From assembly GCA_965371515.1 (NCBI GenBank), contig CBDUYR010000009.1:4602-68601 (forward strand): 64,000 nt of DNA, read 5' to 3'. Below, piece by piece: positions 56,704-64,000 of the stretch. The DNA is from an uncultured bacterium (GTDB taxonomy: Bacteria > Krumholzibacteriota > Krumholzibacteriia > Krumholzibacteriales > Krumholzibacteriaceae). The notes below the pieces were generated by a model. That model made no database searches. It was not told the DNA's origin and worked only from the letters and a program-made list of their open reading frames with translations. Both the position numbers and the translations under genes were made by a program. Within the stretch, counting starts at the first letter, position 1; each line of letters starts with the position of its first letter.

Positions 56704-57642
56704 ATGATGTACGACGTAGCGATTATCGGATCGGGACCTGCAGGGCTTACCGCGGCTATCTACACCTGCCGCGCCGACCTCAAGACGATCGTGATGGACG
56801 GGATGGCGCCGGGCGGCCAGTTGATGATCACATCCGAGGTAGATAACTTTCCGGGTTTCCCCGATGGGATCGAGGGACCCGAACTGATGGGAAAGATGAG
56901 GAAGCAGGCGGAGAAGTTCGGAGCCGAGTTCAAGGGAGGAGAACTCTCCGCGATAGATACCGACAGCAAGCCGTTCAAGCTCACCGCCGGAGGCGACACC
57001 TTCGAGGCGAAAAGCGTGATCATCGCCACCGGTTCATCATCGAGATGGCTCGGGCTCGAGTCGGAGCAGGAGTTGCGCGGCAAGGGCGTGTCGGCATGCG
57101 CGACCTGCGACGGGTTCTTCTTCCAGGACCGCGTTGTGGCCGTCATCGGAGGCGGGGACGCAGCGGCTGAGGAGGCTACCTTCCTGACGCGCTTCGCCAG
57201 CAAGGTCTACCTCGTCCACAGGCGCGACGAGCTGAGAGCCTCTGCCGCGATGCAGAAGAGGACTTTCGATAGCGACAAGATCGAGATCATATGGGACTCG
57301 GTACCGGTCGATATCCTCGACAAAGCCGCGGGCAAGGTCACAGCGCTAGTACTGAAAAACGTCAAGACCGATGAGACAACCGAGCTTCCAGTCGACGGCG
57401 TCTTCGTGGCGATCGGCCACGATCCGGCGACCGGCATCTTCGCTGGCAAGATCGAGCTCGACAAGGCCGGGTATATTATCCCCGGCGAGAACTCATCTAC
57501 ATCGGTACCGGGGATATTCGTCGCGGGCGACGTCAGCGACACGAGATACAAGCAGGCTATATCGGCCGCCGGCAGCGGCTGCAGAGCCGCGATCGACGCC
57601 CTGAAATTCCTCGAAGGTGAGGAAACAAGCGCGGGATGGTAA
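56704..57642 (+). CDS. trxB: Thioredoxin-disulfide reductase
   Basis: IIGSGPAG FAD motif. CATC redox centre. VIGGGDAA NADPH motif. Confidence 0.85.
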   Translation: MMYDVAIIGSGPAGLTAAIYTCRADLKTIVMDGMAPGGQLMITSEVDNFPGFPDGIEGPELMGKMRKQAEKFGAEFKGGELSAIDTDSKPFKLTAGGDTFEAKSVIIATGSSSRWLGLESEQELRGKGVSACATCDGFFFQDRVVAVIGGGDAAAEEATFLTRFASKVYLVHRRDELRASAAMQKRTFDSDKIEIIWDSVPVDILDKAAGKVTALVLKNVKTDETTELPVDGVFVAIGHDPATGIFAGKIELDKAGYIIPGENSSTSVPGIFVAGDVSDTRYKQAISAAGSGCRAAIDALKFLEGEETSAGW

Positions 57643-57645
57643 TCG

Positions 57646-58395
57646 ATGAATGATTTCAGCGGAAAGAAGGCGCTCGTAACGGGAGGTTCGCGGGGGCTCG
57701 GCAAGGCAATATCCCTCGAGCTGGCCCGGCGCGGCGCCGACATAGCGATCAACTACGTGAAGAACGAAGTAGCGGCCGAGGAGACGGCAGGAGAGATCCG
57801 TGCGCTCGGCGTCGAGTGCATCGTCCTGCAGGCCGACGTCTCCGACCACAAGTCGGTCAAGGAGCTGTTCAAGTCGTTAAAGGAGGGATTCGGGCATATC
57901 GACATGCTCGTATCCAATGCTGTTTCGGGCGTGCTCGGGCCGGCCGACAGGATCGGCAGACTCGGCTGGGAGAAGGCGATGAACACCAACGCCCGCTCCT
58001 TCATGCTTCTGATGCAGCAGGCGATAAAGCTCTTCCCCGAAACGGGCGGCAGGGCCGTCGCAATCTCCTCGATCGGCAGCCATACATGCCTGTCGGGATA
58101 TACAGCCGTCGGAGCGAGCAAGGCAGCGCTCGAGGCGCTTGTCAGATACTTCGGCAGGGAGCTCGCCCCCCGGGGCATTGGCGTAAACGCCGTCTCGGGC
58201 GGTCCGATACAAACCTCTGCTCTCGACTACTTCCCCGACAAGGATCAGCTCCTCGAGGAATGGACAGCGCGGTCACCGCAGAAGAGGATCGCTCAGCCGG
58301 AAGATATCGCGCCTGTCGTCGCCTTTCTACTCTCTGAGGATGCGCACTGGATTGCGGGACAGACGATCGTAGTCGATGGCGGCATGACCCTGTGA
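57646..58395 (+). CDS. SDR-family oxidoreductase (FabG/FabL-like)
   Basis: TGGSRGLGKA Rossmann motif. Catalytic S ... YTAVGASK. Confidence 0.8.
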   Translation: MNDFSGKKALVTGGSRGLGKAISLELARRGADIAINYVKNEVAAEETAGEIRALGVECIVLQADVSDHKSVKELFKSLKEGFGHIDMLVSNAVSGVLGPADRIGRLGWEKAMNTNARSFMLLMQQAIKLFPETGGRAVAISSIGSHTCLSGYTAVGASKAALEALVRYFGRELAPRGIGVNAVSGGPIQTSALDYFPDKDQLLEEWTARSPQKRIAQPEDIAPVVAFLLSEDAHWIAGQTIVVDGGMTL

Positions 58396-58468
58396 ATTTG
58401 ACAATTGAGCGGATCGACAATATCTTGATCCGTACCGATTATCGATACGATATACGAAAGGAATACAG

Positions 58469-58975
58469 ATGGAAGAAAGACAGGATCTAACGACTCTCGA
58501 GGTTCTGACCGTAGGAATCAAGGCCGAGATGGCGGCGGTCGCGCTCTATACGAAGATGAAGGAGATGTCGGCCGGAAAAGATCTTAAGGAGACGATGGAC
58601 TTCCTGATCGGCCAGGAGCAACGTCACGAGGAGATCATGAGGGAAGCCTTCGCGAAGCAGTTCCCTGACGTCGATCTGAAGCTCCCGAAGAACTCGATTG
58701 TCCCGACGATCGACGACAACCTCGATAATAAAGCTGGGATGAAAGAGTTGTTCGAGAAGGCGATGGAGGCGGAAAAGAAGGCGAACGAGTTCTACACCAA
58801 CCTAGCCTCCGGGACACGCGACCCGAACAGCAGGAAGCTCCTCGAGTACCTCGCAAGCATGGAACGCAGCCACCTCTCGATACTCCAGGCCGAGTATCAC
58901 CAGTTCGAGCTCTCGACCGACCAGGATCTCGACGATTTCCTCAGAGGCGAGCGGATGATGCACTTCGGTCCGTGA
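58469..58975 (+). CDS. Ferritin-like (rubrerythrin-family) four-helix-bundle protein
   Basis: Paired E ... ExxH-type helices (KAEMAA, EQRHEEIM, AEKKANEFY, MERSHL). Confidence 0.5.
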   Translation: MEERQDLTTLEVLTVGIKAEMAAVALYTKMKEMSAGKDLKETMDFLIGQEQRHEEIMREAFAKQFPDVDLKLPKNSIVPTIDDNLDNKAGMKELFEKAMEAEKKANEFYTNLASGTRDPNSRKLLEYLASMERSHLSILQAEYHQFELSTDQDLDDFLRGERMMHFGP

Positions 58976-58981
58976 TCGACT

Positions 58982-60271
58982 CTACCGCGTGTGGAAATCG
59001 ATCATGTCCTCGATCGCCTTCCTGCATACGGGGCAGAAATCGACCAGGCCTTTCTCGAACATCCTGCACGTTGAGTACGGCCTGTACAGCCCCTCAGCCG
59101 AATAGCCGGCGCCCTCGAAGCAGCCTACAATGTCTGTGTGAAGCGAGTCATCGGGAGTCGGAACAGGCGTTCCTTCTTCTATCATATCACCCCACTTGAC
59201 GTTTTCCGGATCGAGAAGGGCTGTGATGTTCGGCTCCCACGGCTCTATCCCCCGCGGGTACATCTCGTTGTACGCAACCGCCGAAGAGTAGTATTCGTCG
59301 GCCAGCCCGGCAAAGGCGTGACCGAATTCATGCGTGAAGATGTAGCCGTCGTGTTCGTTGTCCGAGACGCAGGTCGCGTAGAGGTTTAAGATACCCCCTC
59401 CCCCGTACTTCTCCTCGTTGGCCAGCAGGATGATGATGTCGTAGGGGACCTTGGCCGCGACGTCCCTTATCGTCTTGTTCGAGAGCGAGAGCATGTATCT
59501 GTCCAATTCGAGGCTGTTAAATGAAAGACCGAGGAGATTGTCGCGGTATACGCTTTTTCTCGGATCATCGACGCCCGACTCGGCCGAGATGCTCTCGATG
59601 AGCCTCACGTTGAAATCCCTGCGCCTGCTCGCATACGGCTCGGTATCGAAGAATACTTTCATGAAGCGCTTCACGTCGTCGCGGAGCTTGTGGATCTCGT
59701 CCTTGTCGTACCCGTCGGCGAGGATCGCTATATCGACCTTGTTTGTCGGCGAGCCGTTGTTCTCCAGCGAGCGTACCCGGAATCCCGAGAATCTCGTCTC
59801 GGTCATTATGTGATAATCGACCGGATCGACGACGAGATCGTAGACGTTATGGAAAATGTTCTTCCTGTCGCGCCTGTCTATCCGTATCTGGACGGGGTAT
59901 TTCGGCATCGGCAGCAGGAGCGTCTCGTGAAACGTCCGCGGGATCCCCTCGATCGCCTCGTCGGTCGTCGCCCATTCGCCGAAGATCGAGCAGTATCCGC
60001 GCGAGAAGATCTCCCTGTTAGTCTCGAGATCGTAGACGCGCATGATATGGCCACCGAGGTTCATCGTATCGAGCAGCCGTTTCTTGTTGCCGCCCCAGTG
60101 AGGCTCGCGTATCAGCTCGTCGACCGCGTAGGTCTCGCTCTCCGCCGTTCCCGTGTGATACAGATCGACCCGCAGGCAACCGTCGGTGAAGTAGTCGTCG
60201 AATTCGATATCCCCGGCCGCAGCGGGGACCGACAGAACAAGTGTGATGATGAGGATCCTCAGAAAACGCAT
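58982..60271 (-). CDS. M64-family (IgA-peptidase-like) zinc metallopeptidase, secreted
   Basis: Signal peptide. HEFGHAF zincin motif. M64 N-domain. ATG at 60271. Confidence 0.7.
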   Translation of the reverse strand: MRFLRILIITLVLSVPAAAGDIEFDDYFTDGCLRVDLYHTGTAESETYAVDELIREPHWGGNKKRLLDTMNLGGHIMRVYDLETNREIFSRGYCSIFGEWATTDEAIEGIPRTFHETLLLPMPKYPVQIRIDRRDRKNIFHNVYDLVVDPVDYHIMTETRFSGFRVRSLENNGSPTNKVDIAILADGYDKDEIHKLRDDVKRFMKVFFDTEPYASRRRDFNVRLIESISAESGVDDPRKSVYRDNLLGLSFNSLELDRYMLSLSNKTIRDVAAKVPYDIIILLANEEKYGGGGILNLYATCVSDNEHDGYIFTHEFGHAFAGLADEYYSSAVAYNEMYPRGIEPWEPNITALLDPENVKWGDMIEEGTPVPTPDDSLHTDIVGCFEGAGYSAEGLYRPYSTCRMFEKGLVDFCPVCRKAIEDMIDFHTR

Positions 60272-60297
60272 CGTCTCTCCTTTTACAGGAATCATGT

Positions 60298-60999
60298 TCA
60301 ACGTGACCGGGTTACGCCGACGCGGCCGCAATAATTGATTATACCACATCTTGAGCACCACGGTGAGACCGGGTTGCAGACCGCCTTCCCGTACATCACG
60401 AGCAGGTCGTTGATCTCGATCCAGTTCCTCTTCGGAAGGACTTCCCGCAGGGCAAACTCGGTCTCGGTGGGATTCTTCGTCTGTACGGCCTTGAGCCGGT
60501 TGCACACGCGGTGTACATGCGTATCGACGCATATTCCCGGTTTCCCGAATCCGAGAGTCAGAACCAGGTTAGCCGTCTTCCTCCCCACTCCTGGGAACCG
60601 GACGAGTGCGTCGATCTCGTCGGGCACATTGCCGCCGTATTCATCGACGAGCATCCTGCAGAGATTTTTTATCGCCTTCGCCTTCGTTTTGTAGAAGCCG
60701 GCCGGATAAATAGCCTTCTCTATGGAAGTAACCCTCAGGCGTGACATCTCTTCCGGCGTAGAGGCAAGCGCGTAGAGTCTCTCGCTGGCTGCGCCCGTGA
60801 CCTCGTCCTTCGTCCTTGCACTGATAACGGTCGACACAAGCACCCTGAAGGGAGACTTCGACCTCTTCGCTATCTGTGTGACGGAAGGATCGCGGAAGTC
60901 CTTCACGGCCTTCCTGATCACCGGCACGACCTTCCTGAAAATGTTCGTCGAGCCTCCGCGCCCGAGAGGAAACCATTCATCTCTTGCTGAAACCTTCAT
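60298..60999 (-). CDS. nth: Endonuclease III
   Basis: HhH-GPD motif (FPGVGRKTANLV). [4Fe-4S] cluster CxxxxxxCxxCxxxxxC at the C-terminus. Confidence 0.85.
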   Translation of the reverse strand: MKVSARDEWFPLGRGGSTNIFRKVVPVIRKAVKDFRDPSVTQIAKRSKSPFRVLVSTVISARTKDEVTGAASERLYALASTPEEMSRLRVTSIEKAIYPAGFYKTKAKAIKNLCRMLVDEYGGNVPDEIDALVRFPGVGRKTANLVLTLGFGKPGICVDTHVHRVCNRLKAVQTKNPTETEFALREVLPKRNWIEINDLLVMYGKAVCNPVSPWCSRCGIINYCGRVGVTRSR

Positions 61000-61107
61000 G
61001 GGACTGGTAAGGTATCATGGAGGATAAACGAGGGACAACTCATTTCGCTTGACCCCCGGAAAATCCATTACATATTCTGACAATTCACATCTAAGGAGGA
61101 AATATCG

Positions 61108-62259
61108 ATGGAATGGACATTCACCGATGAACAGAACATGCTCAGGGACATGGTCCGCAAGTTCGTTAATAAAGAACTCAAACCTATTGCGGCAAAGATA
61201 GACGAAGAGCACAAGATACCCCCCGAAATCATCAAACAGTGCGGCGAGCTGGGATTTCTCGGCATCTCGTTCCCGCCCGAGTACGGCGGCGCGGGGATGG
61301 GCGAGATGGGTTACTGCATCATGCAGGAAGAGATCGGCCGCGGCTGTGCCTCGACGGCGACTTTTATCGGCGCTCATCAGAGCATCGGCGCCTCGGGCAT
61401 ATACATGTTCGGTACCGAGGAGCAGAAGCAGAAGTATCTCGTACCCCTCGCGGAGGGAAAAATGATCGCCGCCTACGCTCTTACCGAGACGAACGCGGGA
61501 TCCGACGCCTATAACTCGGAGACGACCGCCGAGGACAAGGGCGACCACTACCTGCTCAACGGGCAAAAGGTATTTATCACGAACGGCAGTTTCGCCGACA
61601 TCTTCACGACATTCGCCAAGATGAAAGGCGGACCGTCCGACGGCAAGCTCAGCACATTTATAGTGGAAAAAGAATTCGAGGGCTTCAGCGTCGGCAAGAT
61701 CGAGGAAAAGATGGGGATTAGGGGTTCGGAGACTGCCGAGCTCATCTTCGAGAACGTAAAGGTCCCCAAGGAAAACCTCCTCGGCCGCGAGGGCCGTGGC
61801 TTCCTCGTCGGGATGAAGGTCCTGAACACGGGGCGCCTGGGACTCGGAGCGGCAGCGCTCGGCTCAGCGAAGGAGTGCCTCGCCCTCAGCGCGGCCTACT
61901 CGAAGGAACGCGTCCAGTTCGGCAAGAAGATCTCGGCCAACCAGGGCATCCAGTGGATGCTCGCCGACATGGCTATGGAAATCTACAACATGGAGTCTAT
62001 CCTCTACCGCACCGCCTGGTTGTACGACGAGGGCAAAAACATCACCCGCGAGTCCTCGATCGTGAAGCTCTACTGCTCCGAGGCACTCGATCGCATTGTC
62101 GACAAGGCGATGCAGATATTCGGAGGATACGGATTCATATGCGAGTACCCCATCGAGAGGATGTACCGCGACTCGAGGATCAACAGGATCTTCGAGGGAA
62201 CGAGCGAGATCCAGAGAATGATCATCGCAAGGGACATCCTCCACGCGAGGAACTTGTAG
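61108..62259 (+). CDS. Acyl-CoA dehydrogenase
   Basis: ACAD N-, middle- and C-domain signatures (AYALTETNAGSD, catalytic-Glu region YRDSRINRIFEGTSEIQR). Confidence 0.85.
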   Translation: MEWTFTDEQNMLRDMVRKFVNKELKPIAAKIDEEHKIPPEIIKQCGELGFLGISFPPEYGGAGMGEMGYCIMQEEIGRGCASTATFIGAHQSIGASGIYMFGTEEQKQKYLVPLAEGKMIAAYALTETNAGSDAYNSETTAEDKGDHYLLNGQKVFITNGSFADIFTTFAKMKGGPSDGKLSTFIVEKEFEGFSVGKIEEKMGIRGSETAELIFENVKVPKENLLGREGRGFLVGMKVLNTGRLGLGAAALGSAKECLALSAAYSKERVQFGKKISANQGIQWMLADMAMEIYNMESILYRTAWLYDEGKNITRESSIVKLYCSEALDRIVDKAMQIFGGYGFICEYPIERMYRDSRINRIFEGTSEIQRMIIARDILHARNL

Positions 62260-62315
62260 TCCATTCGACTGAAAACACCTGTCAGGCCCCGGGATAGTGC
62301 GATTCCGGGGCTTTT

Positions 62316-63839
62316 TCACAGCAGATCGGGAGGCACCCTGTACTGAACTGCTTCCGCTACGTGCGCGGAGGCTATCCTCTCCGTTCCTTCGAGATCCGCT
62401 ATCGTCCTGGCTACCTGTATAATATTCCTTCTCGACCTCGCGCTGAACCTCAGTGTCCTCTGGGCGCGGTCAAGGAGACCGCGTGCGTCGTCCTCCATCG
62501 GGCAGAACCTTTCGAGGGCGTAAAGCGGCACGTCGGCATTCCTCCTGAAATCCGGGGAGTCCCCGTACCTGTCTTTCTGAATCCCGGCCGCAAAGAGCAC
62601 ACTTTCGAGGATCTCTCGTGAAGACGTACCGCTCTCGTTATTCGATTCGAACTTCTCCGGCTCGACCGCCATTACGGGGATATGAATCGATATACGATCG
62701 AGAAGAGGTCCTGAGATCTTCGCCAGGTAACGCTTCAAGGTCGCGGGTGTGCAGCGGCAGTCTCGTGACGTACTGCCTCGGAAACCGCATGGACAGGGAT
62801 TCATCGCAGCAAGGAGCTGGAACCTCGCCGGATAGCGGCATACAGCGCCGGCGCGGGCTATCACTATGCTGCCCTCCTCGAGCGGCTGTCTGAGGGTCTC
62901 GAGTACGTTTCGCCTGAATTCGCTCAACTCGTCGAGAAAGAGGACTCCCCCGTGAGCCAGAGTGATCTCGCCGGCGGAAGCGTTCCTTCCCCCGCCAATC
63001 AGGCCCGCGTCACTCGCCGAATGATGGGGCGCCCTGAACGGCCGTCTCGACAGCGGGACTTTCGGCAAGCACCTTCCAGTCACACTGCGGATCTTCGCCA
63101 CCTCGAGCGTCTCGTCCACGTCGAGCGGCGGGAGGACGGTCGCCAGCCTCCTCGCGAGCATCGTTTTTCCCGAGCCGGGCGGCCCGACCATCATGGTGTG
63201 ATGCCCGCCGGCAGCAGCTACCTGCAGGGCTCTGATTGCTGACTGGTGTCCCGTCACCTGCGAGAAATCGAGACCGTCCCCGTTAAACGGGGCCTCGGGA
63301 GGCACGGCCGGACGGGGCGGTGCGGGTCCGCCGGACAGGTAGGCAAGGGTCTCCATTATATCCGGGCACGGAACGATATCCATGCCTCCGGCTACCGAGG
63401 CCTCCGCACCGTTCCCTTCGGGGATGACGACCGCGCCGTACCCCATGGCCTTGGCGTGGCAGATGATCGGCAGGATGCCGCGAATCGGTTTGAGCCTGCC
63501 GTCGAGGGCCAGTTCGCCGGTGAGCAGGACTTTGTCCGGCGTCGGGAAAACGGCCTGGCCGCTCGCCAGGAGTATTCCGACGGCTATCGGTAGATCGAAT
63601 GAGCTTCCCTCCTTCCGGATGTCCGCCGGAGCGAGATTGACCGTTATCCTGCTGCCCGGTATCTTGAACCCGTTGTTGCGCAGGGCGGCGCTCACCCTCT
63701 CGCGGCTCTCCCTCACCGCCGCGTCGGGCATGCCCACTATAGTAAATGTCGGAAGTCCCCTGGTAATGTCGACTTCGACGCTCACGCCGTACCCGTCGAT
63801 CCCCACCACCGCGCCGGAACGTATCTCGGCGATCATCAC
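62316..63839 (-). CDS. comM: YifB/ComM-family Mg-chelatase-like AAA+ ATPase
   Basis: Lon-like N-domain. Walker A in MVGPPGSGKTMLARR. ChlI-like core. C-terminal ComM domain. Confidence 0.85.
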   Translation of the reverse strand: MMIAEIRSGAVVGIDGYGVSVEVDITRGLPTFTIVGMPDAAVRESRERVSAALRNNGFKIPGSRITVNLAPADIRKEGSSFDLPIAVGILLASGQAVFPTPDKVLLTGELALDGRLKPIRGILPIICHAKAMGYGAVVIPEGNGAEASVAGGMDIVPCPDIMETLAYLSGGPAPPRPAVPPEAPFNGDGLDFSQVTGHQSAIRALQVAAAGGHHTMMVGPPGSGKTMLARRLATVLPPLDVDETLEVAKIRSVTGRCLPKVPLSRRPFRAPHHSASDAGLIGGGRNASAGEITLAHGGVLFLDELSEFRRNVLETLRQPLEEGSIVIARAGAVCRYPARFQLLAAMNPCPCGFRGSTSRDCRCTPATLKRYLAKISGPLLDRISIHIPVMAVEPEKFESNNESGTSSREILESVLFAAGIQKDRYGDSPDFRRNADVPLYALERFCPMEDDARGLLDRAQRTLRFSARSRRNIIQVARTIADLEGTERIASAHVAEAVQYRVPPDLL

Positions 63840-63916
63840 ATCCTCCCATCTCCCCCACCGCGACCGCCTCGACCGGTATCTACCAGTCGACGATCTCTGA
63901 TATGTGTTTACCCGGT

Positions 63917-64000
63917 CTCAGCTTTCCCTCTCTTCTCGTCAAAAGGGCCGCCGCCGCAATCGGCAGGGCTATCGTCGCGTCGCAGAGAACGCTCACCGTC
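63917..64000 (-). CDS. 3' end of an unidentified gene running off the window edge
   Basis: Open frame on the minus strand with a TAA stop at about 63917. It is too short to identify. Confidence 0.25.

Overview
GC-rich (about 60% by eye) bacterial chromosomal segment, gene-dense on both strands. It carries roughly 60 protein genes and one tRNA-Val(CAC). There is no rRNA, no CRISPR array, and no obvious prophage or IS element.

Most genes are recognisable housekeeping functions: tmk, rsmI, ltaE, HU/IHF, queD-queC-queE, cspA, rsgA, ptsN, nfo, trxB, nth, comM/yifB, larB-larC, dusB, a Nif3 protein, an acyl-CoA dehydrogenase, a CtpA-type S41 protease, a tricorn-like protease, and M3-, M20- and M64-type peptidases.

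Interleaved with these is an unusually rich signalling and TPR content, which gives the strongest candidates for novelty:
- A 1544-aa sigma54-type enhancer-binding protein fused to a pseudokinase-like region, a STAND P-loop NTPase, TPR repeats and a GAF domain.
- An FHA / PPP-phosphatase / PEGA-Ser-Thr-kinase operon.
- A second Ser/Thr kinase with a TPR tail, paired with a FecR-domain secreted protein.
- A 1288-aa all-TPR protein followed by an acidic coiled-coil TPR protein with a split Cys4 element.
- A TM-anchor plus degenerate 5'-nucleotidase-like gene interrupted by an in-frame TGA.
- A queDCE cluster with an uncharacterised inserted gene.
- A DUF222-HNH selfish-type endonuclease downstream of a strong extended -10 promoter in a short AT-rich stretch.
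- Several short tandem-repeat tracts, both intergenic and in-frame.

The ORF track includes GTG and TTG starts, and some starts here are demonstrably non-ATG. Start coordinates derived from the ORF track by codon arithmetic are reliable. Hairpin and repeat coordinates counted by eye may be off by 1-2 nt.
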